DNA from: Bacilli bacterium
Lineage (GTDB): Bacteria > Bacillota_I > Bacilli_A > RFN20 > CAG-826
Length of the DNA: 64,000 bases
Assembly (NCBI GenBank): GCA_024408105.1
Contig: JAKSVG010000001.1
Coordinates: forward strand, 50,854-114,853
Direction: 5' to 3'
The position numbers and the translations under genes are program-made. Positions 39,745 through 49,523 of this stretch are shown here, piece by piece (the stretch's first letter is position 1; every line of letters begins with the position of its first letter). The notes below the pieces were generated by a model that saw nothing but the letters and a program-made list of their open reading frames with translations, searched no databases and was not told where the DNA came from.

Positions 39745-40464
39745 TTATATCTTATTCAAAAGATTTATAGATTTTATATCTATTTGGGCATTATCATAAG
39801 CAAACTTCTTAAGATCATTAATTAATTCTAAGCATTCTTGTTTTGTAAATATAACTTTATCAAAGTTATTGATATCTACTTTAAATATGTAACGAATTAT
39901 TTTAAGTTTTCTACTGTCACATTGAACGTGTTTTGAAGGCATATAGCAGTCTTTGCATATAAATCCTCCATCTAGATATGAAACGGCTGTAATTTGGCTT
40001 GTTTTGCCACAAATAACGCAACTATCAACGTTAAGTTGGTATCCAGTTTCTTTTAATACAACTGCAAAATAAATTAAACCAATGGTAAACGGATCAAATC
40101 CTTCATCCAATAATTCTAAGGCTTTGCTAAACCAATTATAAACTTTAGCGGCGTCATCATTTTGGATAAATTTATTTGTTATTTCTCCAATCATATCCGC
40201 AATGGCTAGTGTGGAAATATTATCTTTGATATGAGGGAAACTAGTATGTAATTCTCCACTTCTTAAAGAAAAACCTTCTTTACCTTTAGATAATTGAAAT
40301 TTTGCCTTAGAAAAAAGATTTACAGTTGGTGCGTTTTTGCTTTCAAATTTTAATACGCCTCTAGCCAAAAACGAAATGATTCTATCATTGGTTAAGACAT
40401 TTACCACTGCATCATTTTCACGAAAAGGGGTGGCTCTAATCACAATGCCTTCAATCTCGAACAT
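39745..40464 (-). CDS. recO: DNA repair protein RecO
   Basis: OB-fold N-terminus plus a C-terminal CxxC...CxxC zinc motif. Follows era. Confidence 0.82.
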   Translation of the reverse strand: MFEIEGIVIRATPFRENDAVVNVLTNDRIISFLARGVLKFESKNAPTVNLFSKAKFQLSKGKEGFSLRSGELHTSFPHIKDNISTLAIADMIGEITNKFIQNDDAAKVYNWFSKALELLDEGFDPFTIGLIYFAVVLKETGYQLNVDSCVICGKTSQITAVSYLDGGFICKDCYMPSKHVQCDSRKLKIIRYIFKVDINNFDKVIFTKQECLELINDLKKFAYDNAQIDIKSINLLNKI

Positions 40465-41336
40465 TATTTATAGCCTAATTCCTTCAGTATTTTTGGATTA
40501 TTAATCCAATCTTCTTTTACAGAAACAAATAGGTCGAGGAAAATGTGCTTATTAAAGTACTCTTCTAATGTTTTTCTAGACTTGATGCCAATAGCTTTAA
40601 TTTTCTTCCCGCCTTTTCCAATTACAATTCCTTTATGCGATTCACGGTCAACAATTATTGTTGCCTTGATATAAACTGCATCAGACTTGTGCTGTATTTC
40701 ATCAACTCTAACAGCCAGTTCATGGGGAACTTCTTCCTTTAAAAATTTAAGTAATTTTTCACGTATTATTTCAGAAACATAAAACGCTGCATCCTTATCA
40801 GTGATAGTTTCTTCATCATAGTACCGCGGCCCTTCTTTCATTAATGGCTTAATTTTTTCAAGTAATTCCCTAATGCCAAAATTTTCTATCGCACTCATCT
40901 CAAGGATTTCTGCATTTGGGTATTTATTTTTATAAATTTCTTTAATAGCCACAACTTCAGGAAGCCTAAGCAAATCAATTTTATTGATAATTACAAATAA
41001 AGGGCAATTTTCCGGAATGTTCTTTGCTATATATTCATCACCAGCATCAAACTTCTTAGATCCGTCAACAACTAAGACGATTGCCTCAACTCCTTTTGTG
41101 GAATCAATCGCACCTTGATTCATGATTCTTCCAAGGGAATGGCGTGCCTTATGAATTCCAGGTGTATCAACAAAAACAATTTGATAATCGCCATCATCAA
41201 ATATTCCTCTAATTGCGTTACGTGTCGTTTGTGCTTTTTCGGTAACTATTGATATATCTCGCTCTAAAAGAGCGTTAATCAAAGTCGACTTTCCCGCATT
41301 AGGCCTTCCAATAATAGCTACAAAGCCAGAACGCAT
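40464..41336 (-). CDS. era: GTPase Era
   Basis: G1 to G4 motifs (GRPNAGKST, DTPG, NKID) and a C-terminal KH domain. Confidence 0.92.
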   Translation of the reverse strand: MRSGFVAIIGRPNAGKSTLINALLERDISIVTEKAQTTRNAIRGIFDDGDYQIVFVDTPGIHKARHSLGRIMNQGAIDSTKGVEAIVLVVDGSKKFDAGDEYIAKNIPENCPLFVIINKIDLLRLPEVVAIKEIYKNKYPNAEILEMSAIENFGIRELLEKIKPLMKEGPRYYDEETITDKDAAFYVSEIIREKLLKFLKEEVPHELAVRVDEIQHKSDAVYIKATIIVDRESHKGIVIGKGGKKIKAIGIKSRKTLEEYFNKHIFLDLFVSVKEDWINNPKILKELGYK

Positions 41337-42181
41337 TATTTCAAATCATCCTCAGAAAATGCAAACGGAAGTAGTTCATCAATAGATGTTTCTTGAACTA
41401 AACCTTTTAGGTTTGCCATAAATATAGGGGCGCTCTTTGGCATAAGTTCTGACATAACTTGTCTACATGCGCCGCATGGAGCACAAGGACCTTCGGTATC
41501 CGCAGCTAATGCTAAGGCAGCAATATCGCCCTTTTTAACGCCATGCATATATGCATTATAGAGAGCGTTTCTTTCAGCACACATGCAAAGTGGGTAAGCA
41601 GAGTTTTCAATATTAGCTCCTAAAAAGACTTTGCCATCGGTTGTCAAAACTGCTGCACCAACTTTGAATTTTGAATAAGGAGAGTAAGATAATTCTCTCG
41701 CCTCAATCGCTTTAGTAACTAATTCATTCTTTTCCATTTTGTGTCCTCCGAGGATTTCATCCTGCAATTGAAACATAACGATTTCATCGTTCTTTTTCAT
41801 ATGATCATAGCCTAATAAATGAAGCATTCCATGAACAAAAAGAAATGACATTTCTCTGTTAACTGAGTGACCGAATTCTTTAGCTTGTTCTTCGGCTTTT
41901 TCATATGAAATAACAATTTGCCCTAAAGATAAAGGAATATCTGAAGAAATTGTTTCATTTTCATCATCAAAAAATGCAAAACTGATTACATCAGTCGGCT
42001 TATCATTTTTTCGATAATCGCGATTAATTTCTTGGATAGATTTATTATCTACAATAATCACATCAACGATATAATTTTCTTTAATACCTAAATGATTAAA
42101 GACCTTCTCAGTTAAATTTGAGAACTGATTTTCAAATGCATCATAAGATGCAGGTCCGTGATTGATAAAATCTAATTCCAT
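41336..42181 (-). CDS. ybeY: Fusion of endoribonuclease YbeY and cytidine deaminase Cdd
   Basis: Residues about 1-150 carry the YbeY H3xH5xH motif (HGMLHLLGYDH). Residues about 155-281 carry cytidine deaminase zinc motifs (CAERNA...PCGACRQ). In B. subtilis these are separate genes with dgkA between them. Confidence 0.8.
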   Translation of the reverse strand: MELDFINHGPASYDAFENQFSNLTEKVFNHLGIKENYIVDVIIVDNKSIQEINRDYRKNDKPTDVISFAFFDDENETISSDIPLSLGQIVISYEKAEEQAKEFGHSVNREMSFLFVHGMLHLLGYDHMKKNDEIVMFQLQDEILGGHKMEKNELVTKAIEARELSYSPYSKFKVGAAVLTTDGKVFLGANIENSAYPLCMCAERNALYNAYMHGVKKGDIAALALAADTEGPCAPCGACRQVMSELMPKSAPIFMANLKGLVQETSIDELLPFAFSEDDLK

Positions 42182-42223
42182 ATATTAGGGATTTATATAA
42201 TAACATACATTTAATGCTATGTC

Positions 42224-43411
42224 CTATAAATTGCATTTATGAATGAATTTAGCCTTGTCTTTTTTGTAATCAGAAATTTCCCAATCCGCATTAAGAAAAA
42301 CGTCAAAGTTCATCAGAAGAACATAATATAATCCAAAGTGAAAAATCACATAATTTACACTGATTTCTTTAGCAGATAACATAAGCAAAAAGCTAATTAT
42401 AATAACTATAAATGTATTAATACATTTTCTTAAAGCAATTTTTAAAGCAAAAGAAGATGATTTATTACATACTGATTTAATATCTTCAACTAAGTTTGAT
42501 CTTGCAGAACTGCAAAGTGCTTGTTCATTGATAGATATATCATCTTTAATTTTGCAGTCACCTTTATGAAACATAATTTTTTCAATGACACACACTAATA
42601 AAAGAATTAAGAAAGCTATACAATTTTTTGAATCATTTAAAATTAAGCTAACAACTATAATTATCGTGAGAATTAAACTAGAAAATAATTTACGAGAATA
42701 AGAAAAATATTTTGACTTAAAACTTGCATAAAATTTATAGTCATTTTTTGATATATTATTGCTTGAGAAAAATAATGGGATATATTTATTATCAAAGAAT
42801 TTAATTTCTTTGATTAAATACCATTTTTCTACTAATTCGAAAATCATAAATATAGTCAATAAAATAAATGGAGTAAGAATAAAAGAATCACCTTTTATGA
42901 AATATAAACCCGTTACCAAAGAGGCTACTCCTAGTATCGAAAGTGAAAGAGAAATAATTTGGGAAATTGGGGATAGGATATTTTTGTTTTTTATTTTTAG
43001 TTCCTTTCTTTTATATTCTGCTATTTCAAGAGTTTCTCCACTCCAACTATTTAAAAATTTATCAATTTTAATTTTGATAGAACCAAGTGATGGATCATTG
43101 ACTAGGATGAATTTTGTTGTGATCTTTTTCACTAATACTAAATGATTAGAATTAATAAGCACTAAAGCAGGAATGTTTATCTTTGATAAATCTTTATCAA
43201 TATATTTAAACGCACAAAGTTTAACGTTATATCTTGAAGCGATTTCGATTAAATTCGAAAAAGAATATGGACGGTCTTTAAAAGGGGAATTAAGACGCAG
43301 AAAAGATTTATTCTTGTTTATTGTGGCTAAAAGCATTTTTAATGACGCAAAGCCACAATCATGTTCGCTCCCTTGATAGCAAAAATATTTTGACACTAGT
43401 TTCACCTCCAA
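42224..43411 (-). CDS. C39 (bacteriocin-processing) peptidase domain fused to a 6-TM domain, with no ABC ATPase domain
   Basis: N-terminal residues about 10-135 carry the C39 catalytic triad context: Q...DCGFASL (Cys), SNHLVLV (His) and NDPSLG (Asp). Then six hydrophobic helices. The protein ends at 395 aa with no Walker A/B or ABC signature. GGAGGTGA RBS. Confidence 0.7.
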   Translation of the reverse strand: MEVKLVSKYFCYQGSEHDCGFASLKMLLATINKNKSFLRLNSPFKDRPYSFSNLIEIASRYNVKLCAFKYIDKDLSKINIPALVLINSNHLVLVKKITTKFILVNDPSLGSIKIKIDKFLNSWSGETLEIAEYKRKELKIKNKNILSPISQIISLSLSILGVASLVTGLYFIKGDSFILTPFILLTIFMIFELVEKWYLIKEIKFFDNKYIPLFFSSNNISKNDYKFYASFKSKYFSYSRKLFSSLILTIIIVVSLILNDSKNCIAFLILLLVCVIEKIMFHKGDCKIKDDISINEQALCSSARSNLVEDIKSVCNKSSSFALKIALRKCINTFIVIIISFLLMLSAKEISVNYVIFHFGLYYVLLMNFDVFLNADWEISDYKKDKAKFIHKCNL

Positions 43412-43440
43412 TATCTAGTAGTCAATTTTCAAGAAAAAAT

Positions 43441-43471
43441 GCTAAAAGAAAAAGGGAAGCAAATGCTTCCC
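43441..43471 (-). terminator. Rho-independent terminator after rpsU
   Basis: GGGAAGC-attt-GCTTCCC followed by TTTTTCTTTT on the minus strand. Confidence 0.65.
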
Positions 43472-43490
43472 AATTATTGATTAGTACGTA

Positions 43491-43664
43491 TTAGTAAGTT
43501 TTACGTCTTGCCATTTCGCTTTTTAGTTTACGCTTAAGTCCTTTTTTAAGGTAGAACTCTCTTTTACGTGTCTCAAGGAGAACGCCGGATTTGTTCACTT
43601 GGCGTTTAAAACGGCGAAGTGCTTCGTCTAATGTTTCGTTTTCACGAACAACTGTCTTTGGCAT
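43491..43664 (-). CDS. rpsU: 30S ribosomal protein S21 (bS21). Not in the ORF track.
   Basis: Hand translation gives [67 protein letters not shown]. Confidence 0.85.
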   Translation of the reverse strand: MPKTVVRENETLDEALRRFKRQVNKSGVLLETRKREFYLKKGLKRKLKSEMARRKTY

Positions 43665-43702
43665 TTAATTCATCTCCTTCCTTACGTACAGAATAACTAA
43701 TG

Positions 43703-44347
43703 TTATTCACCTTTTACGATTTTAACACCGCAAGAGGCGCCGATGCGAGATGCACCAGCATTAATCATATCTTCAGCTTCAAAGCGATTATGGATACCAC
43801 CACTGGCCTTAACACCAAATGTAGGTCCGACTGCTTCACGCATCATAGCAACATGACGCACTGTAGCTCCGCCTTTTGAGAAGCCTGTAGATGTTTTAAC
43901 ATAGTCTGCGCCAGCACGCACACACGCTCTACAGCACTCAACGATTTCTTCGTCGGTGAGTAAACATGTTTCAAGAATTACTTTTAGTAATTTGCCACCG
44001 CATCCTTCTTTAACTAATCTAACTTCTTTTTCGATAAAATCATAATCATGCTCTTTAGCCATTGAAATGTTTAGAACCATATCAATTTCTTGAGCACCTG
44101 CTTTAACAGCTTCGCTTGCTTCAAACTTTTTAACCTCTGGAAGCGTTGCTCCTAATGGGAATCCAATAACTGTGCAAACCTTAACAATTGAGCCTGCAAG
44201 TAGTTTGCTCGCCACTGGGACAAAGCAAGGGTTGACGCACACAGATGCAAATTCATAACTACGTGCTTCTTCACACAATTTTTTAATTGCTTCTATAGAA
44301 GCATCTGGTTTTAAAAGTGTGTGATCAATCATTCTATTAATTTCCAT
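43703..44347 (-). CDS. deoC: Deoxyribose-phosphate aldolase
   Basis: 214-aa class I aldolase with the Schiff-base Lys region (GFPLG...KTSTGF). Confidence 0.88.
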   Translation of the reverse strand: MEINRMIDHTLLKPDASIEAIKKLCEEARSYEFASVCVNPCFVPVASKLLAGSIVKVCTVIGFPLGATLPEVKKFEASEAVKAGAQEIDMVLNISMAKEHDYDFIEKEVRLVKEGCGGKLLKVILETCLLTDEEIVECCRACVRAGADYVKTSTGFSKGGATVRHVAMMREAVGPTFGVKASGGIHNRFEAEDMINAGASRIGASCGVKIVKGE

Positions 44348-44394
44348 TTTTGTTACCTCTTTGTTAGATTATAACACAAAGTGTTGATTTAAGA

Positions 44395-44643
44395 CTACTC
44401 TGCTTTTTTAGAAGCTGTTTTCTTAGTTGCTTTCTTTGGAGCAGGTTTTACATCAACTGCTTTTGTGTCTTTTTTGCTCATAACGTCTTTTCCGTTATAG
44501 TAACCACATTTAGGGCACACATTATGAGATTTAATAGTTGCACCACAATTTGGGCACTTAACTAATCCAGAAACTGAAAGTTTAAAGTGAGTGCGGCGCA
44601 TTCTTTTTGATGTTTTTGATGTTCTTCTGAATGGGACTGCCAT
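44395..44643 (-). CDS. rpmF: 50S ribosomal protein L32 (bL32) with a Lys/Ala-rich C-terminal extension
   Basis: [22 protein letters not shown]...CPNCG...CPKCG zinc ribbon. The 82 aa total includes about 25 extra C-terminal residues. Confidence 0.85.
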   Translation of the reverse strand: MAVPFRRTSKTSKRMRRTHFKLSVSGLVKCPNCGATIKSHNVCPKCGYYNGKDVMSKKDTKAVDVKPAPKKATKKTASKKAE

Positions 44644-44745
44644 AGAATTTTCCTCCTAACAAACTGCAGTTAATTATAAATTAATGATATATAAAAGCAA
44701 TATTTTTTAATACAATGTTTAAAAATTTACTATCTTTTCTCGACA

Positions 44746-45999
44746 CTATCGAACTTTTAATTTAACGATTTTGCCAATATATTCATCAGGCAAATCTGCT
44801 GATATCTTAAGATAATTCGATGTAAAACCAGACAATAATCCTGTTGTTTTATTTCTCTCTTCTAAAAGAACTTCTAATTCTTTGCCTCTAAATGAGTTGA
44901 AATACTTATCATAAAGAACGTTAGACAATTCAATTAGCTTACTGACTCGTTCGTTTTTAACCTTAGGGTCGACTTGCTCACTCATCTCGTAAGCTGGCGT
45001 TCCTTCTCTAGCAGAAAACGGAAAAACATGTAACTCAGCAAAATTAACTTTTTTTATAAATTCATATGTTTCGTTGAATTCTTCTTCGCTTTCGCCAGGG
45101 AATCCAACAATTACATCTGTCGTGATTGCAATATCCGGTCGCACTTCTCTAATTTTATTAACTTTGTTAACGAAGTCTTGAACATTATATTTTCTGTGCA
45201 TTCTTTTTAGCACACTTGATGATCCACTTTGCAAAGGCATGTGCAAATGGTTTGCAATGTTTGGATAGTTTTTAAGCAAATTAATAAATTTATCGTCGAT
45301 TTCACTTTCTTCAATTGAAGATATCCTTAATCTATATAAGCCAGGTATTTTCAAAATTTCTTCAACTAAATCTGAAAACGTGATTCCTTTTAAATCAATC
45401 CCATAGAACGCTGTGTGAATTCCCGTTAGCACGAATTCTTTGAATCCTTGAGAAATAAGATGCTTTATTTCATCAATAATTTCATCTTTGTCTCTTGATC
45501 GAACATTGCCTCTTGTGTATGGTATTGTACAATATGTACAAAAATTATTACATCCATCTTCAACTTTTATGTATGCTCGAGTAGATTCTGGCAATGTGAA
45601 AACACCAAAAGATTCATATTTTAAATGGCGAACATCGTCATCTATCATTTTTATTGGCTTCTTAGTTTTTAAAAATGTCTGAATCAACTCTAAAATCTTA
45701 TTTCTGTTTGAAGTTCCGACAACAATATCAGCGTTGCATTCTTTTATTACATAATCTGCATTCTTCTGAGAATAGCACCCCATCACAACCACAATAGAAT
45801 TGATATTGTTTCTTTTTTCTCGTCTTATTATCTGCCGAGATTTTTGATCTGCAACAGATGTAACAGAACATGTATTGATAATAGTTACATCTGGTGAAAT
45901 TTGAGATTCCTCATAACCATTTAAAAAAAGCATCTGGCGAATAGCGTTGCTTTCATATGAATTAACTTTGCAACCAAGTGATATTAATTTAAATTTCAT
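44746..45999 (-). CDS. mtaB: tRNA threonylcarbamoyladenosine methylthiotransferase MtaB (radical SAM, MiaB-like)
   Basis: MTTase N-terminal domain, CNNFCTYC radical-SAM motif and a TRAM-like C-terminus. The yqeV position. Confidence 0.8.
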   Translation of the reverse strand: MKFKLISLGCKVNSYESNAIRQMLFLNGYEESQISPDVTIINTCSVTSVADQKSRQIIRREKRNNINSIVVVMGCYSQKNADYVIKECNADIVVGTSNRNKILELIQTFLKTKKPIKMIDDDVRHLKYESFGVFTLPESTRAYIKVEDGCNNFCTYCTIPYTRGNVRSRDKDEIIDEIKHLISQGFKEFVLTGIHTAFYGIDLKGITFSDLVEEILKIPGLYRLRISSIEESEIDDKFINLLKNYPNIANHLHMPLQSGSSSVLKRMHRKYNVQDFVNKVNKIREVRPDIAITTDVIVGFPGESEEEFNETYEFIKKVNFAELHVFPFSAREGTPAYEMSEQVDPKVKNERVSKLIELSNVLYDKYFNSFRGKELEVLLEERNKTTGLLSGFTSNYLKISADLPDEYIGKIVKLKVR

Positions 46000-46781
46000 T
46001 TTGCTTTTCTTTCTAATGAATGTTTAATCTTAAAATCTCTATGTTTAATTTTATAAATTAATTTTTCTGATACTAATTTATTTTGAATTAAAGCTTGCAG
46101 CATCCCCTCTTTATCATCATCAAGATAATTTTCAATAACCGGTCTAATTCGTTCAATAATACGACTGGTAGGTGGATGTTTTAAATACTTATCAAATAAA
46201 GGAATTTTTGCATCTAAACGTCCTTGATTATTTATTATATAAATAGTCTTAAAATCGAAATGATAGACCGCCATAACTTTTTCTGTTTTTTTAACAACAA
46301 CAAGTTTCGTAAACAAAGAATCATATAAATCAAAGTTATAAAGTTCAAATAAATCTATACACGAAGTGTTAAAAGAAGAAATCAATTTAGCATAAGGCGC
46401 TTTTAAAAGTTTTCCATGTTGATTCGAATAAAATCCATTGATTGCTCGTGAAAAAATTGGGACATATATTTTTGTTTCGTTTTCTTTTACATATGGAGCA
46501 TTTTTCATTTGCTCACTAATATATTTTTCAACCTCATTTGTTTTCATATTGCTTTCTTTGAAAGCATATAAAATGGCTTTTTCCAATTTTGATTTGTTTT
46601 GCAACGCTTGAATTATTATGTTTGCTCGAATAACGTCGAATTCATCACGAGCATCTAAAAGCATTTTGTACATTTCAATTCCGGAAAATAAATGTCTATT
46701 TGTTAAATAAAAGTAATAGTCTTCAGTTTTTCTAAAGTCTATGCCTTTTTGATATTTATCTAATAATTCGTATAACTGCAT
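45996..46781 (-). CDS. Hypothetical protein of 261 aa with no recognisable domain
   Basis: A clean ORF translationally coupled between rsmE and mtaB. The equivalent position is empty in B. subtilis. Confidence 0.5.
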   Translation of the reverse strand: MQLYELLDKYQKGIDFRKTEDYYFYLTNRHLFSGIEMYKMLLDARDEFDVIRANIIIQALQNKSKLEKAILYAFKESNMKTNEVEKYISEQMKNAPYVKENETKIYVPIFSRAINGFYSNQHGKLLKAPYAKLISSFNTSCIDLFELYNFDLYDSLFTKLVVVKKTEKVMAVYHFDFKTIYIINNQGRLDAKIPLFDKYLKHPPTSRIIERIRPVIENYLDDDKEGMLQALIQNKLVSEKLIYKIKHRDFKIKHSLERKAK

Positions 46782-46782
46782 A

Positions 46783-47502
46783 TTATTTTTTCTCTAACAG
46801 GCAGGATATAACACTCAATGCATATATAGAGGCAGTTTCTGCTCTAAGAATGCGCCTTCCTAATGAAACAGGTACAAACCCTTCGCACTTAGCAATGTTA
46901 ACTTCGTATTCTGCAAAGCCACCTTCAGGCCCTACCATAACCGCAATTGTTTGATCTTCTTTAGCTTTATTTATTTCATCAATAAATGTTTTGGTTATTC
47001 CTGCGTTTAATTCATAAGGAATTATTTTTATATCAGCTTTTATTCGTGAAAGTTCATTAATGCTAATGACTTTTGAGACATCAGGCACAGCTAAACGGCA
47101 TGATTGTTCAGCGGCCTCCTTAGCAATTCTTTTATATCTATCAAGTCTATTGCTGTTGTCACGCCTATTAACTCTAATTATCGTTCGTTCACTTTCTAAA
47201 AAAACGATTTCATTTACGCCTAATTCTGTCGCTTTTTGTACAACAAAATCCATTTTCTCGCCTTTTAATAAAGCTGCAATGAGAATTATCTTGCATTTTA
47301 ATTCTCTTTTTTCGTTAATTTTTCTTTTAACTTTTATCGCTAATGGTTTTATTGATTTAATCTCGCATAAAAAAACTTGATGATTATTTACAACTTCAAT
47401 TTCATCATTGCAGCGAGCTCGCATGACTTTGGTTAGATGAAAAATATCATCATCGGAAAGCAATACATCTTTATCAACGATTGAAGCAAAATATCTTTGC
47501 AT
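46783..47502 (-). CDS. rsmE: 16S rRNA (uracil1498-N3)-methyltransferase RsmE
   Basis: N-terminus MQRYF..., a PUA-like domain and a SPOUT domain. The yqeU position. Confidence 0.82.
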   Translation of the reverse strand: MQRYFASIVDKDVLLSDDDIFHLTKVMRARCNDEIEVVNNHQVFLCEIKSIKPLAIKVKRKINEKRELKCKIILIAALLKGEKMDFVVQKATELGVNEIVFLESERTIIRVNRRDNSNRLDRYKRIAKEAAEQSCRLAVPDVSKVISINELSRIKADIKIIPYELNAGITKTFIDEINKAKEDQTIAVMVGPEGGFAEYEVNIAKCEGFVPVSLGRRILRAETASIYALSVISCLLEKK

Positions 47503-47942
47503 TATTTTAAAAATTCTCCATCTCCGTCAACTAAATCGTGGCGAATAAAAATCATTATGCCAGAAATAATCATCATAATTTCTAGAACAAAATACGGAAT
47601 TAAAAACGCTAAAGCGTTTGGGATTGCATTTGTAAAGAATAAAATAGAACCTAATGTAGCGATAAACACTACTGTTATTGCTATAAGAATAAATCCGATT
47701 TTTTTACGATTTAAATAAAACATATGTGCACCAAAAACGCCTAAGAAAATAGCTAATATGCCGGCAATTTTTCTACTTTTATGTTTTATTTCTTCAACAT
47801 TACATTCAATTGGATCAAATGCTTTAGTAAAATCTTGAGTCACATTATCGTTGCCTTCAAGAGGCTTTCTTGTGCCACAAAATGGACAAATGTCTTTGTC
47901 TAATCTAGATATTTCTTCACCACAGTTTTTACATTTAGCCAT
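47502..47942 (-). CDS. Zinc-ribbon-containing membrane protein
   Basis: N-terminal CKNCG...CPFCG ribbon followed by 3 TM helices. Confidence 0.55.
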   Translation of the reverse strand: MAKCKNCGEEISRLDKDICPFCGTRKPLEGNDNVTQDFTKAFDPIECNVEEIKHKSRKIAGILAIFLGVFGAHMFYLNRKKIGFILIAITVVFIATLGSILFFTNAIPNALAFLIPYFVLEIMMIISGIMIFIRHDLVDGDGEFLK

Positions 47943-47969
47943 AAATACTTCAATAGTATAACACGAAAA

Positions 47970-49502
47970 TTAAAAATTAATTTCGTAATCTACTAGACCA
48001 TCATAAAAATCTTTCTCATGCGAAACAATAATTACGCATCCGCTAAATCTTTCAATAGCGGAAAATAATGCCTCCTTTGCTTTTTGATCCAAATGATTTG
48101 TAGGTTCGTCCAAGATAAGGAAATTTGACTTTATTAAAGTCATTGCAGCGAATCGTGCCTTAGTAACTTCGCCTCCAGATAATTCCTTCATTTTTCTAAT
48201 AGCTAATTCTTTTCTTAGACCGCAAGAACCAAGAATTGTTCTAATTTGAGTATTAGTTAATTCAGGATGAAGGTTATGAATATAATCAAATGGACTTTGA
48301 TTTAAATCAATTGATTTCTCTTGATCATAGTAATTAATTACTGTGCCTTCTAACCACTTAAAAGATCCATCGATTTTTTCTATATGGCCAAGTATCGTCT
48401 TTAAGAATGTTGTTTTCCCAACGCCATTCTTACCTAATATCGCTATCTTTTGTCCTTTTTTTAACGAAAACGATATTGAAGGAAGCAAAGCTTTGTTGTA
48501 TCCAATTACTAGTTCATCAATGGAAAGAACATCTTTGCCAACATCTTTTGTGAAAGGAAAATTAAAATGAACAATGCCTTCTTCTTTTCCTGGAGCTTCC
48601 ATTCTATCTAAATGTTCTAGTTGTTTTCTATGGGATTTAGCGGCTCTAGATGAAGTTGCTCGAACAATATGTTTTTCGATAAATTCTTCCTCTTTTTTTA
48701 TATATCTTTGTTGAGCGTTATATCGTTTTTCATACATTTCTTTATCAAGAGCGTGTTGCTCTAAAAAGTGGTCGAATGATCCTCTATATCTAACAATTGT
48801 TTTATTTTCTAAAGAAAATACAACATTTGCAATTTTTCTTAGAAATTCTTGGTCATGTGAAACAACTAAAAAAGCCTTTGGATAACTATTTAAATAAGAT
48901 GCTAACCAATCAACTTGATTTGCATCTAAAAAGTTAGTTGGCTCATCCATAATCAGTACATCTTTTTGTTCGAGAAGCATTCTCACTAAATACACTTTTT
49001 CTCTTTGGCCAGATGAGAGTTTTGATAAAGGCAAATTAAGTCTATCTTCTTGGATTCCTAAACCAGCAATTAATTTAGCTATATTTTCTTTCAAAGAATA
49101 GAAACCATCTACAGTAAGTTCATCTTGCAATTTAGATGCTTTTTCTAGCAATACTTCGTAATTTTCAAAATCTAATGCAGACTGCTCATACAATTTTTCC
49201 ATTCGTTTTTCTTTTTTAAATAAAAACGAAAATACTTCGTGCAGATAGTCAATTGTTATTAAATCCTGATTAACTTTAAGATTTTGATCCAAATAAGAAT
49301 ATGTTACATGTGGAGTCCATACAACTTTTCCCTTATCAGGAGATAGTTTCTTTGTAAGCAAATTTAAAATAGTTGTCTTGCCTGAGCCATTTACCCCAAC
49401 AAGAACGCAGTGCTCACCATCATTAATTTTCATATTAATAGAACGGTAAAGTTCTTTGTCAGCATAATTAAATTCAATATCCTGTAGTTCAATTAAAGCC
49501 AT
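47970..49502 (-). CDS. ABC-F family ATPase (tandem NBDs, no TMD). A translation factor or ribosome-protection type, not a transporter.
   Basis: Two Walker A/B sets and two signature motifs (LSGGQREK, LSGGEVTK) separated by a linker. 510 aa. Confidence 0.8.
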   Translation of the reverse strand: MALIELQDIEFNYADKELYRSINMKINDGEHCVLVGVNGSGKTTILNLLTKKLSPDKGKVVWTPHVTYSYLDQNLKVNQDLITIDYLHEVFSFLFKKEKRMEKLYEQSALDFENYEVLLEKASKLQDELTVDGFYSLKENIAKLIAGLGIQEDRLNLPLSKLSSGQREKVYLVRMLLEQKDVLIMDEPTNFLDANQVDWLASYLNSYPKAFLVVSHDQEFLRKIANVVFSLENKTIVRYRGSFDHFLEQHALDKEMYEKRYNAQQRYIKKEEEFIEKHIVRATSSRAAKSHRKQLEHLDRMEAPGKEEGIVHFNFPFTKDVGKDVLSIDELVIGYNKALLPSISFSLKKGQKIAILGKNGVGKTTFLKTILGHIEKIDGSFKWLEGTVINYYDQEKSIDLNQSPFDYIHNLHPELTNTQIRTILGSCGLRKELAIRKMKELSGGEVTKARFAAMTLIKSNFLILDEPTNHLDQKAKEALFSAIERFSGCVIIVSHEKDFYDGLVDYEINF

Positions 49503-49523
49503 GCAAATATAATATCAAATATT

